Assembly: GCF_009914755.1 (NCBI RefSeq)
Contig: NC_060931.1
Origin: the human T2T-CHM13v2.0 reference genome, Homo sapiens
Strand: one strand, 5' to 3'
Length of the DNA: 64,000 nt
A model generated the notes under the pieces. That model was not told the origin of the DNA and ran no database searches. It saw nothing but the letters and a program-made list of their open reading frames with translations. Of the stretch, positions 39,750-53,659 are shown one piece after another (positions within the stretch are counted from its first letter, which is position 1; each line of letters starts with the position of its first letter). The translations under genes and the position numbers were made by a program.

Positions 39750-40669
39750 TTTTTTGCAATCTACTCATCTGAAAAAGGTCTAATATCCAGAGTATGCAAG
39801 GAAGTTAAACAAATTTACAAGAAAAAAAACATCAAAAAGTGGGCAAAGGATATGGACAGACACTTCTCAAAAGAAGACATTTATGCAGCCAAAAAACATC
39901 AAAAAAAGCTCAACATCACTGACCATTAGAGAAATGCAAATCAAAACCACAATGAGATACCATTTCACGTCAGTCAGAATGGCAATTATTAAAAAGTCAA
40001 GAAACAATAGATGCTGGTGAGGCTTTGGAGAAATAGGAATGCTTTGGCAGTAATGTAGATTAGTTCCTGTTGGTAGGAATGTAAATTAGTTCAAGCATTG
40101 TGGAAGACAGTATGGTGATTCCTCAAGGATCTAGAACCAGAAATACCATTTAGCCCAGCAATCCCATTACTGGGTATATACCCAAAGGAATATAAATCTT
40201 TCTACTATAAAGGCACATGGACACTTGTGTTTATTGCAGCACTGTTTGCAACAGCAAAGTCATGGAACCAACCCAAATGCCCATTGATGATAGACTGGAT
40301 AAAGAAAATGTGGTAAGTATACACCATGGAATACTACACAGCCATAAAAAGGAATGAGATCATGTCCTTTGCAGGGACATGGATGAAGCTGGAAGCTATC
40401 ATCCTCAGCAAACTAACACAGGAACAGAAAACCAAACACTGCATTTTCTCATTCATAAGTGGGAGTTGAGCAATGAGAACACATGAACACAAGAAGGGGA
40501 ACATCACACACCAGGGCCTGCTGGGGAGTTGGGGGTGAGGGGAGGAAAACTAGAGGATGGATCAATAGGTACAGCAAACTACCATGGCACGTGTATACCT
40601 ATGTAACAAACCTGCACGTTCTGCACATGTATCCTGGAACTTAAAGTAAAATAAATAAATAAATAAATA
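39748..40669 (+). mobile_element. L1PA (L1PA10-like) ORF2 C-terminus, 3'UTR and (AAAT)n tail
   Basis: aaaaagtgggcaaaggatatg...; 3' end cctatgtaacaaacctgcacgttctgcacatgtatcctggaacttaaagtaaaataaa. Confidence 0.95.
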
Positions 40670-41379
40670 CTAATTATGACATTAAAAAACCTATTGGAAA
40701 TGAAATATATTTTGCTTTGTGACTTGCAACCCAGTGTGACTTAATTATCCTGTATTTTCTTCTAAATGATCTCTGATAAAGAAATCTTTTTGCCAAAAAA
40801 AAAAAAACAACTAAAAACAAAAACCAAAAACCCCAAACCTCTTAGTGGGCCTTTTGCTTGGCTATTTTCTGCTTTAGTTAAGGATGCAGGCTTTCAAACA
40901 CTGAAACATTAAACTTGTGTTTGGACTGGATTTGAGGAAGACAAGAAGCATTCATTGTTGAGGTCCCTGACCTCACAGGCATTATGACCCCGATGCCAAC
41001 CTGGGGATGATGTGCTCCACGGAGGATTTTGGGCCCAGGGCTTTCTCTCTAGGTGACGGGCTTAAGAGTGTGGAAAGCTGACCCTTGGTGCATGGAGACT
41101 GACCAGCTGTGGCTTGACCTGCACACTGAGGATGGTGGCAATATTTGCTATTGAGGATGCCCAGCAGGAATTGTTGATGGCTGCCTAGTACCTGAGAGCA
41201 ACTAGCAGATGGGCAGGGAGAAGCTCTGATGGGAGAGAAGCGTGGGTCAGTCATCTTAACTTTAAATAGAGTCAGTGTTCCTGACTTTCCTGCAACCACA
41301 ATCAAAGGAAACAGCGTTGGAGGAGAGGAGAGAGTGAGTTACATACTGGCGTCACTCCCGGTATAGTGCATTTCCTTTG

Positions 41380-41480
41380 CCTGTACAGTGGACATAATGC
41401 TACCCACCTTGCAGGGCTATGAGGATTCAGCTGAATGAATGTGCTTAGCACAGAGCTTGGCACCTTGGAGGTGCCACTCG
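41380..41480 (+). mobile_element. MIR 3' half
   Basis: agggctatgaggattcagctga...gtgcttagcacagagcttggcac. Confidence 0.65.
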
Positions 41481-41481
41481 A

Positions 41482-42018
41482 GTGTAGTCTATTGCTGTAT
41501 AACAAATTACCCCAAACTTGGCTACTGAAAACAATAAACATGTATTATGTCACATTTTCCATGGGACAGGGGACCAGGAGTGACGTAGTTGAGTGCATCT
41601 GGCTCCAGGTCTCCGTGAAGTACTCTCAAGGGCTACAGTTGGCCAGGACAGCAGTCACCTTATAAGGCTCAACTACTGCCAAAAGTTTTACCTCCACGCT
41701 CACTTACATAGTTGCTGGCGGGCCTCAGCTCCTTGCAGGCTGTTGCACTCAGGGCTTCAGGGTCCACCACACCACATGGCGTCTCCACAGGGTTGCCCAC
41801 AACATGGCAGCTTGCTTCCACTAGGGCAAGTGATGAGAGACAGAGAGAGAACCCAAGACAGAATCCACAGACTTTCTAATCTCCAAAGTAACATTCAATC
41901 AATTCTGTCATATTCTGTTTTTTAGAAGAGATCCCACACTAAAGGTATTACACGAGGATGAGGCCATGAATGCCAGAAGGCAAGGACCGTTGGAGGTCAT
42001 CTTACAACCTACCCACCA
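41482..42018 (-). mobile_element. MLT1F-like MaLR LTR
   Basis: ctattgctgtataacaaattaccccaaactt ... cacaacatggcagcttgcttcc ... atgaatgccagaaggcaaggacc. Confidence 0.85.
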
Positions 42019-42199
42019 AAGCTTTGTCTTCAGTTTGGAGAAGTTTTGAGTTACTATTTGCAGCATACCAAGAACAGTATCTGCAATCAGTAACTGCCAT
42101 GCAAGTATTTGTTAATAAAGGGTAAGTATTGTCTTGTGACACTTTTATAGAATATACATTAAGTGTACTGAGTTTCAATATAAACTGTATTTCTTATTG

Positions 42200-43060
42200 T
42201 GAGTAAAGGTCAAAAAAAATTTAGGATTTTGGTCTTTCACAGAAATGTGAAGCCCCTGAATGATTTCATCAGAGAAGAGTGGCACCATCAGGTTTACATT
42301 CTGAAAAGATGGCTTTGGCTGCAGTATGAAGAATGGGTTGAGGAGCTCATGAGACAACCAGGTGGGAGGCTCTCGCAGAAGATGAGGCAGAGATGATGGT
42401 GGCTCATGGGCAGGACTGAGAAATGGCCACAAGGACCCATGGGTGCTGATATTGCATGCAGAGATCTTGAGAGCTGTTTTGTGCATTCTGTGGCTGGGTC
42501 TTTGATCAGTGGAGAAAATTTTGTGATGGCATCTGAATCCACCTGGAACATCAGTGCCTGTATTGGTCACAGTTTTTCTGGTGGCAAATAACAAAATCCT
42601 TCTCTAGGTATCTTGAGTGCATCCCCTGTACCTCAGTTATAGTGGCTTTAGTTTCATTAATTCATTCACCTATCCATCTATCTATTCAGCTACTAATCAC
42701 ATTGTTCACTCCCCTCTGTGCCAGTTACTGCACCGGACACTGGGGATACAACCATGAAAAATCCAGGCACAGAGCCCACCTTTACGGGGGGTAAGAATCA
42801 AGTGGAGATAAGGAAATGGGTGACTTCCAACACAATGACAAGCCCAGGCAGGGTGGGATGGCAGCCCACTGTACAACTGTCTACTCAAGTTTGGGAGGCT
42901 GGTCAAGGAAGGCTTCCAAGAGGAGGTAATAATATAATAATATCTAGGCTGAGACCTGAGGAGAAGAAAGGGTTCACTAGGAAGGGAGAAGGAGGCCTGA
43001 GGAGATTGGCCTGTGCAGTGTGGGGGCTGTGAGAGAAGGATGATCTTTTCCAGCTTTCAA
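42200..43060 (-). mobile_element. L2 fragments
   Basis: caggtttacattctgaaaagatggctttggctgcag; ggtcaaggaaggcttccaagaggaggtaa...aggctgagacctga. Confidence 0.7.
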
Positions 43061-44154
43061 GTGGAAATCAGAATACGGATTCCTCAGGAGGTTCCCCGCC
43101 CCCTAACAGTTTGTGACTGTAAGGACAGGCCCCTGAGATGACTCGTCACATTTCCAAAAGTGGGATGGAACCTGCATAAGGCAAGCAGGACAAAGAAACT
43201 GCCTATGTCTCAGGGTTCTGGTGGAATTTCATATGCCCTGGGCCAAAGCTCCTTATCTTGTGCTAATCAGAAGTTCCAACTGGCAGTTCCATGTCTTTGA
43301 TTAATAAAAATAGGGGTGGTAATTAATTACTTAATAAATGCAATTTCCTTTCCTCAATTTCTGTCCTCAAATTCAACTATTTTATTTTATCTTACTGTAA
43401 GGTTTGTATACCTGTAAGTGGTCCTAAAAGCCTCAATGGACACAGGCATGACATAAATAAACACACGCATAAAAATTCTTATTCTACGTTACATTTTTTC
43501 CAAAACATGGGGGTCACCAGGGGAACAGTGATCAACAGGCTCTTTACCTTGACAAGGTTGAGAAACTCAGGGCTGACTCTGGGATAAATGCCCAGCTGTG
43601 AAGCTTAGTGTTTTTATCAATGGGCCAGAACCTGTGCCATTCCCCCGTGAAGGAAGAGGATATTACAATATGCCTTCATGGAAGAATCCTCCAACATTAT
43701 CAGGATCGACAAATTCAGAATTTCACACAGAATTTGCAGCATTCTCAGTGACACTGTTTAGATGTTAATTAAATAGGCATAATAAAATTTATCAGTTAAA
43801 CCATAAAAGAATAAAAAAGATTGTTCAAACTAGCAGAGGGGGAAAAAAATGGAAGGAAGGGGAAAACTAAATCCGAAAAGAGGAAAGACAAAGTATAGAA
43901 ATGGAACAAATAGAAATGATAAAATAAGATAGAGTAATTTAATGAATCCAAATATATTAATAATCACACTCAATGGAAATGGACTAGGTTTTCTAGTTAA
44001 AAGACTAAGGCCATCAGATCTGATTCAAAATAAAAGAGAATTCACTGCAGTAACAGGAAAAAAAACTTCAGCCGAATTATGTTCATAATTAATATCCATA
44101 AAATATAAGGATATGGAAACTTCATAGTAAAAGAAAGTAAAAGGATATAACAGA

Positions 44155-44621
44155 TGTATTCAGTGGGACTAGATTTCACTACAAGTGACAGAAAACTCCA
44201 AACAACAGAGGCTTAAACAAGATAGAATGTACTTTTTCTCTGTTGTAGGTCAGTGTCCATGGTACTGCCTTGTATCAAGGACCCAGACTCTTTCTATTCT
44301 ATGACTCTACCTTGGGAGCCCTTGACCTCAAGGTCCGAGATGGCAGCACCTGGACAGTCCAGGATAATGAGGGAAGGAAGGAGGAAGAAGAAGAAATGGC
44401 ATATCCTGCACTGCCTTTTAAGGAAGGTCCTCAGAAGCTGTTAACCCATGTATTTTCATCTCCCTGACCAGACATTAGTCGTATGGCCACATCTAGCTGC
44501 AAAGGAAGCTGAGAAATGTAATCTTTACTCCAGGAGGTCAAGTCTCCAGCTAAAAATTGGAGGGAGGATTCTGTTATCACAGAAGACGCAGAGAACAAAT
44601 TTTAGGAACAACTTCGTCACA
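44155..44621 (-). mobile_element. MLT1I/J-like MaLR LTR inside the L1
   Basis: caagtgacagaaaactccaaacaacagaggcttaaacaagatag ... tggccacatctagctgcaaaggaagctgagaaatgta. Confidence 0.8.
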
Positions 44622-45234
44622 CAAGCAAATAACCAAAGAGGGCTGGTATAATAGCAGATGAAGCAGACCTTAGGCAAAAGGCATTACTATAGGTAATGAG
44701 CATGAGTACATATTTTTTAAAAAGATTTAATTCACCAGAAGTATGTATATACTTAGTAACAAAGCTTCAAAATATATAAAACAAGAATTGACAGAATACA
44801 AGAAGAAACTGAAAAATAGACCACTATCAAGAGAGACATTCAATGGTTGATAAATCAAGCAGAGAAAAAAGTCAGTAAGAATATCAAAGACTTCAGAAAC
44901 ACAAGGTTAATTTAATGAACATATATAAGTACTATCTCCAATAACCATAGAATAGATGTTATTTTAATACACACAGAAAATATTTATGGAAATTGACTAC
45001 ATTATAAATCAAAAGTAAGTATTGACAAATTACAAATATTTGATATGAGTTAAGCCATATTCACTAACTGATAAATGGTGAAATTAAGTTATAAATAAAT
45101 TATAAAAAGATATTAAGCCATTTGTTTTGAACATTTAAAGAACATGGTCAAAGAAGAAATCCTGATAGAAATGAGAAGATGCTTAAAATGAAAAAAAAAA
45201 TGGAGGGGAAATGACATTAATTAAAACTTGGTGG

Positions 45235-46152
45235 ATGAAGAACTAATATTTGGAACATATAAAGAACTCTCAAAGCTTGAGTATAAAAAACCAAACAAGT
45301 CAACTATAACATGGGCAAAAGATATGAGGAGACATTTCACCAAAAAATTTATGTATATATATGTACAGATGGCAAATAAACACAGGAAAAGATGTTCAAC
45401 ATCATTAGCCACCAGGGAACTGCAAATTAAAACCGCAATGAGATATCACTACAAGCCTAACAGAATGGTTAAAATAAAAAATAATGACAGCCGTATGGTG
45501 GCAAGGATGTGGAGAAACTGGATCAGTCACACATTGCTGGTGGGAATGTAGAATGGTAGAGCCACTCTGGAAACTTCTGAAAAAACTAAGCATGTAACTA
45601 TTAATACCAAACTTGTACATGAATCTTCATTGCAGCTCTATTGGCAATACCCAATATGGAAACAACCAGATGCCCTTCAGTGGGTGAACGGTTAAACAAA
45701 TTATGGTACATTCACACCATGGAATAGTATTCAGCAATAAAAAGGAAAAAATGATTGATACAACAACCTAGACAAATCTTCAGGGAGTTATGGTAAGTGA
45801 CAAAAGCCAATCTGACAGGTGATATAATGTATGATTCCATTTATATAACATTCTTGGAAGGACAAAATTTTAGAAATAGATTAGATATTGCTAGGAGTTA
45901 AGCAGAGGGTGGAAGTAGGAGGAAGAGAGAGTGGCTGTCAAAGGTCAGTGTGAGGGATGCTTGTGGTGATGGAAATGTTCTGTATCTTGGCTGTGTCAAT
46001 GTCAATATCCCGGCCAAGATACCATACTATAATTTTGTAAGATGCTATCATTTGGGGAAACAGGGTCAAGGGTACAGGGAATCTCTCTGTATTATTTCTT
46101 ACAACTGCATGTGAACTTGCAATCACCTCAAAATAAAAGATTCAATTAAAAA
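45235..46152 (+). mobile_element. L1MC-type 3' end nested in the older L1
   Basis: Terminal gggtacagggaatctctctgtattatttcttacaactgcatgtgaac...tcaaaataaaa. Confidence 0.85.
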
Positions 46153-46460
46153 ATCTTATGGGATGCAGTGAAAGTAGTACATTCACAGAGTTAAACATTT
46201 ATGTTAAAAAGAAAAGGCTTAAAATTGGCAATATAAGAAATTAGGAAAATAATAGCACAATAGGCTCAAATAAAATGGAAGAAAATAGTAAAGAGCAGAA
46301 ATTAATAAAATCAGAACAACAGAAGTACTGTACAGAAGATTGACCCAGCTAAAAAGTGGTTCTCCGTAAAGATCAATAACATGGGCAAACCCTTGGCAAG
46401 ACTGATCTTGAAAAAGAGAGAGAAGACTCAAATTAACAATTTTGGGAATGAGAAAAAGGA

Positions 46461-46851
46461 TATGACTTAGTTTGGATGTCGTTCTCTCTAAATCTCGAGT
46501 TGAATTGTGATCTTTAGTGTTGGAGGTGAGGCCTAATGGGAGGTGAATGGATCATGAGGGTGAATTTCTCAGGAGTGGTTTAGCACCATCCTTTTGGTAC
46601 TGTCCTTACAATAGTGAAGTTATCATGAGATCTGGCTGTTTAAAATCGTGTGACATATTTTCCCTTGCTCTCTCTTGCTCTAGTTCTCGCCTGTCATGAC
46701 TGTAAGTTTCCTGAGGCCTCACCAGAAGCTGAGCAGATGCCAGCACCATGCTCTCTGTACTGCCTGCAGAACTGTGAGCCAATTAAACCTTTTTAAAATA
46801 AATTACCCAGTCTCAGATATTTCTTTATGGTAATGCAAAAATGGCCTAACA
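46461..46851 (+). mobile_element. MSTA MaLR solo LTR
   Basis: Consensus match; 5-bp TSD AAGGA at 46456-46460 and 46852-46856. Confidence 0.9.
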
Positions 46852-47684
46852 AAGGATATAACTGTAGGTGTAGTAAACACTAAGAGAAGAGAGGAAGGCA
46901 GGAAGAAAGGGGTGGGGGGGAGGAAGGAAAAGAAAGAAGGAAGGAAATCCTTTCAAACTCATTTTGTGATACCAAACGTAGACAAAAACAGATCAAGATC
47001 CAAAAATACTGAATAAAATAAAAGTAAACCAAAATTACCAACAAATAAGAGATCAAGTAGGGTTTATCCCAGAAATGCACTGTTGGTTCAATATTAAAAA
47101 AATTTATTACTTTAGTTTGCCACATTAAGAGATTAAAGGAGAAAAACCTCATGATCATCTCAATAGGTGAAGAATTCAGTAAAATTCTAAAACCGTTCAT
47201 CATAAGGACCCTAGAAAAATTATTGCAAGCTAAATGCAATACATGAATGTGTATGAATATTTGTAGGAGCAAAGAACTGGAAGCAACACAGGTGTCCATG
47301 AACAGTAGATTGCATGAATAAATTGTTTTATATTTGTACCAAGGAATATGGCCACAGACAACGATGTGGATGAATTTCACAATGTTGGGCAAAAAGAGCA
47401 TGACAGCAGCACATCTACAGACATATCTTTTAGGGACAGGCAGAAAACTTTAGGTAAAGCAGGGTAGTGATTAACACAAAATACACAACGGCATTTCCTC
47501 AGGGCAGTGGGGGAAAAGAATACATGAGGGTGGCCCTCAGGAGGGCTGAGTTGTGGGCAATATTTTATTGAGTGGGTGGTAGGTACCTAGGTGCTCATTT
47601 GATTATTATCCTTTAAACCAGCAAAAATTTAATATATACCCTTTTATATGCATGATAACTTTTATCACTAAAAAAAGAAAAACG

Positions 47685-48032
<348 letters not shown>

Positions 48033-48299
48033 TCAATCGTTCACCTTTTCCACCATCAATACTGATTCTTTAGAAACTCAAACCAAAAGAGAAGTGAGTG
48101 GAAGAACAAGTGACACTCCTTAGGCTTCTCCCACTTCTCTGGGGTCTCAGCTGTGTGGGCCAGCATTGTTTCCATGGTTCTTTCAGTAGGCTTCTTATCA
48201 ACTTTGTTATGCCTCAGCCTAAAGCAAATCTAGCTTAGCTGAGATTTAATTACCCTTTATACTTTCTATTATAATCTGTGTATGCCATACATGAGCAGC

Positions 48300-48490
48300 T
48301 ACTATTCATTCTATCATTTTCTTGGACACTTACTATGTGCCAGGAGCTAGACTAAATATGTCAGTCATTGGCTCATTTTCCTTCTCCCTCCTGAGGTACC
48401 TGCCATAATTATCCTCATTTCTCAGATAAGGAAACTGGTCACATGACTAGGATGTGGAAGAGCTGAGATTTGGATGCAATGCTGTTTGTC
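48300..48490 (-). mobile_element. MIR
   Basis: cacttactatgtgccagg ... tcctcatttctcagataaggaaactg. Confidence 0.7.
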
Positions 48491-49214
48491 CACATGCTGT
48501 ATTGTCAGAAAATAAAACTGGTGCTTTGAGGAATTTGATTTGGATAAAGCAAAATGGCATTTGAAATAGCATCTGTGCTGAGGAATGCATTTATTGCCCT
48601 TGTGTGGGGACAGAATATCTAATATAGTAGGAAAGCCACATTATACCAAGCTTTCACTGAGTGTAGTTGCTGGCTTCAACTGGCCCAGATGTGTGTCTGC
48701 ATCCGGGGATTGACCCAGATGTGCGTCTGCAGGTACACAGCCTAGTGCTCTGCATCAAGAAGAGCTGCAATTATGTGCTGCTGTATTTCTTTATAATTAC
48801 CCAAAGGAAGCTCTAGGACTTAAAGACCACAGGCATACTTTCTTTACAATCCTCAGGCCAGCCTAAATCAATTCCAACTATAACTGTCCTTGGGGTTCCA
48901 AAAAGACCTCTTATTAAAATGATCCATAATTTTGATTAGTTTCTATTGCTCTCAGCAGAGGCCTGGGCCTGATGGCTGTGATTCACACATATTCTTCCTG
49001 AATAGAGGCTGGACTGCTTATGTGTTTGAGGTGGTCCTCAGAGAGGAAGGGGTTGGCCCTCTAGACCCAAGTCAATTTGACTTTGCTCTCATTATTGCTA
49101 CTCTGGATTGTGTCTGCAGGTAGGCAGCCTGGCCCACTCCCACCCATGTTCCCAAGCTCAGTTCAGAGGAGGCTTACTGCGGGGAGAGGGGCTCTGCGGC
49201 TTGGAATCTACCTC

Positions 49215-49415
49215 ACAATAGAAATCGCTATCACCTGAGACCTACTGTACAGTTGAGATGCCCCATATATATCATCTCATTGAATGATGTGTTATTACTA
49301 ATTTGTATGAAAGAGAAAGAACCTGAGACTCAGAGAAGTGAATCACACTGAACAATGTCACAAAATTAAAAAGGGGCAGAGCTAGGATTTGAACCCTAAT
49401 CAGCCAGACCCTCTC
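49215..49415 (-). mobile_element. MIR
   Basis: ctgagactcagagaagtgaa ... ggcagagctaggatttgaaccc. Confidence 0.7.
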
Positions 49416-50834
49416 CTCCTCCTACTGTGCATGGCACCTACATGAGAAGAGTCGTTCTGCTTGGATGAGAGTAACAAATCAATGGACAGAACGTCACACC
49501 AGGGTCAGGAGTTAGGTTGTTCTCCCATGCACCCTCTCTCTACAACACGGACTCTGAGGGGTTGATCTCCTTCAAACAGAAGCACATCTCTGACACTGAA
49601 GGCAAGGTGACGTTTTTGTCTTTCATTATCACTAGTACAAGAAGAAACAAAAATACTGCTAACAAGTTTGGAGGAAGTTTGTAATCCAAAGTTGATACAT
49701 GCTAAAAGCGAAAGTGGTTGCTTTAAAACAATGGAATGTTTTCATTTGAAAGTTGATTGAGACATTGGATTCATTTCAATATCTTCATAGTATCATCAGC
49801 TTTATAGCTGGACAAATAAATAGATAGACCTATAATATCACCATTCAAATAATTAAAAAGAAATAAAATGATGCCAGATGTTTATTTGGAATAACCCATA
49901 GAACACATTGAAAACAATTCCTATCTCTGCAACTGGAAATTTGAATTGATCATTACTGGGCATTAAATGTGCGTATGTTTTCCTGAAGTTCCTAAATCTA
50001 TTTAATTTCTATGTTGACAGAGATATTAGACAGCTGTTTGAAAATCTGTCTCTCTTTCCTGAGCTATGCACAAGAAATCTTTATGTTAAACCACGAAATG
50101 TCAATGAGAGCTCTTCAGTGCACTAATCAGCCTGCGAGTGGAATGTGCGCGCGGGAAGCAATAACCTTAACTTACATTCTCAATAGTCTTGATTGCCCCA
50201 TGTGCAGCCCCTTAAGACATGGCTGTTGAAGGCAACGTCTCCCAAGTGCTGCTATGCAATGCCAGCCTGGGTGATTAGAGTCAAAGATGATGAGTTTGGA
50301 GGCGTGCTCTCCATAAATGGCTTCAGCAGTGACTCACTGCATGCCCCAGGGGAACATTCCTGAATCTTCTGCCTCTATTACCTCATTGCCCATCTCAACC
50401 CCATCCACTCCCTCCAAATGGGACTGAATGCCTCCATCTTTGAAGAGCCTATGGCAAACTGCCATGGGAATCAGGTGCAAGAAAAAAAAGGAAACCAACC
50501 TCAATCTTTTGGAGTCTTTTGAGGGGAGCCTGGTGAACTTAATCGACATCACCTACCATCATTTAGCATCTTCGGAAACAGTTCCACAGCCCAAAGCAGG
50601 GAAAAAGCCAACTTTTATATACAAGGTCTTCTTTGTAGTGTGATTTATAAAAACGGGAGGAAAAGGATTAAGTCTAGGTATCTTAGAATAGGGAAATGGC
50701 TACATAAATTATGCTAAACATCAATCTATAACATACCTGTTAAAAATAAAGTTCACCAGAATCAGAAGTGCAAAAAAAGCAAAAGCTCCTTATACATCCC
50801 CTACTTTGGTGATCTTCCATGGTCAAAGTGTGGC

Positions 50835-50977
50835 TTCTTTCTTCCTTCCTTCCTTCCTTCCTTCCTTCCTCTCTCTCTCTCTTTCTTTCTTTCTTCTTTC
50901 TTGCTTTTTCTTTCATTCTTTCCTTCTTTCTCTCCTTCTTTCCTTTCTTTCTTTCTCTTTCTTTCTTCTTTCTTCTT

Positions 50978-50999
<22 letters not shown>
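50835..50999 (+). repeat. About 165-nt almost pure pyrimidine tract (CTTC/CTTT)n ending in a T run; expanded Alu tail
   Basis: Read directly; contiguous with the minus-strand Alu. Confidence 0.93.
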
Positions 51000-51547
<548 letters not shown>

Positions 51548-52433
51548 TAATGAGATCACATTTGCAAAGCATTTAGTACATGTCCAACCCATAGTAAGTA
51601 CTCCATATTTGTTAACTGACATTATTACTCCTCCTACTTATCCTCCTCATCTCATTGTGGTTTCTAAATGACATTATCCCTTCTCTGCAAATGAGAAAAA
51701 TAAGACAGAGCAGTTCAGTTACTGCCCAAGCAAGTCAGGAAGTGGCAGATTCACAAGGAGAAATACAATCGTCAGAGGAACTGGAAAACTCAGTGCACAT
51801 CACCAAAGTCTTCTCCTGCTTGGTAGGCCCCTGGGGAAGCATAATCAGAAGGCTGCTTCTTAAGTGTGGAGTCTCAGCAAAGGGAGTGCGAGGAATTGAG
51901 CATTGAACAGCATCAGGCCCAAGCAATTTGATATGCTCATCTCCTATTAGGATGATCTTGAATTTGAGACCCATTGTCCAAGACTCCCTATCCCCAGAAT
52001 AAGAAAGAGAAGCTAATACTTACTGGGAACTTGTATGACAAATCCACATTTAATCTTCAGTACAACATAATGAGGTAGGTAGTGACCTCCCCTCCAAGCC
52101 ATTTTAAAGATAAGGAAAGGCACGATAAGGTTAAGGATCATTCCCCAAGATTCTGCAGTGAAATGAGCTACAGAGGCTGGATTCAAATGCTGGACAGTTC
52201 AACTCCAAAGCCCTGTCCACCTTGAAGCTCCAAGGCCTCTCCTGGGAAGGAAGAGCAGCCCCAGGGAGCAGCCAGCAGCACTGGCTCTCTGTTCTCCAGG
52301 CTTCTCTCCTCGTGACCACGTACCCTCTTGAGACAGAGTAGCCCAGTCTGTCAAATTATAGCTGCATTGGCTGAGAGCCATTTTATCTCTCAGCGACTCC
52401 ACATCTCCTGGCTCCAACCTATTCCATATATAT

Positions 52434-52476
52434 TGTATGTATGTATGTATGTATGTATGTATGTATGTATGTATGT
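52434..52476 (+). repeat. (TGTA)n tetranucleotide microsatellite, about 10 units
   Basis: Read directly. Confidence 0.95.
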
Positions 52477-52794
52477 GATCCATTATGTTTGATTGTAAAG
52501 TTTTACTCTTAGGGTGAGCCTATTTTCATAATCTATAAGTTCTTGGATAAATTGCCTCATTGTAATTCTCTAATACTGAAATGGCAGCCAGTTATTATCC
52601 TTTAGTTTTAGTAACTCAGGGAATGCTTGTGATACAATGTAGAATAAAACAAAGCAGGATCTAAAATTGTGTATACAGCAGGACCGTAGTTATGTTTAAT
52701 AATAAGATGGTTAGAGAATCACCAAAATGTTTACAGTGGCTCACTTTGGTGATAGAACAATGCATGCTTTTTTCTTCCTGATTTTCTACAATTG

Positions 52795-52990
52795 GTGGCT
52801 AACTAATGGTGTTTATTTTATGCCAGGCACTGTGTTCTTGCTTTGCATGGTCTCATTTAATCCTCCCAACACACAGAGGTATCACTACTGCCATTTTGCA
52901 GATGAGGAAACTGACAGACAAACTAAGTACCTTGCCCAAGGTGGCCTGTGACTAAATGACAGAGAAGGAATCCTAAGTTTGTCTTAGTAC
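52795..52990 (-). mobile_element. MIR
   Basis: atgccaggcactgtg...tctcatttaatcctcccaac...ccattttgcagatgaggaaactga. Confidence 0.85.
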
Positions 52991-52999
52991 AAATTATGT

Positions 53000-53408
53000 T
53001 GTATTACTTGCTAGGGTTGTCGTAACAAAATATCACAAAGTGGGTGGTTTAAACAACAGGAATTTATTTTCTCAGAGTTCTGGAGGCTGGAAGTCCAGTA
53101 TCCAAGTGCTGGCAGTGTTGGTTTCCTCTAAAAGCTCTCTTCCGGACTTGCAGATGGCTGCACATGGTGGCCCCTCGATCTGTGGACATGTCTGGTGTCT
53201 CTCTGTGTGTGTCCAAATTTTCTCTTCTCATAAGAACACCATTCATAATGCATTAGGGCCCACCCTAAAGATCCCCATTTTAACTTGCTTACCTCTTTCA
53301 AGACCTTATATCCAAACGCAGACACCATGACATACTGGGGGTTAGGACTTCAACAGATGAATTTTGAGCAGGGGTGGTGGGGGTGGAGACATAATGTAGC
53401 CAATTACA
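53000..53408 (-). mobile_element. MLT1A-like MaLR LTR
   Basis: gtaacaaaatatcacaaagtgggtggtttaaacaacaggaatttattttctcagagttctggaggctggaagtcc ... actgggggttaggacttcaaca. Confidence 0.88.
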
Positions 53409-53659
53409 TTTATCTATCTTCTTAATCAGTAAATAATTCTGCTACCCATAAAGAATTTGTTTTATAACTTAAAAATTTTATTTTCAAGCCATGCAGAGTC
53501 ACGTTGGAAAAACCTTTCTTGTTCCAGCTGAAGGATGACATCTCAGTGTGGGCTGCTTTGTTTGTTCACTAATTTAGAAATAACATCCTGATTGGCAAAG
53601 GGAAAATGATTAACTGGAATTCAAGGAACTTCAAAATGGCTCACCTAACCCTCTTTGAG

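Larger units (their letters stand above)
43790..47680 (+). mobile_element. Very old L1M (ORF2 start to 3' region) interrupted by three later insertions
   Basis: ORF2-start motif taataatcacactcaatggaaatggacta; collinear ORF2 pieces at 44622-45220, 46150-46460 and 46852-47230 (gatcaagtagggtttatcccagaaatgca). Confidence 0.75.

Noticed and set aside
45228-47401. ORFs 45228..45551 (+) and 46880..47401 (-)
   Set aside because: The first is a decayed L1 ORF2 C-terminal remnant and the second is antisense to L1; neither is a host gene.
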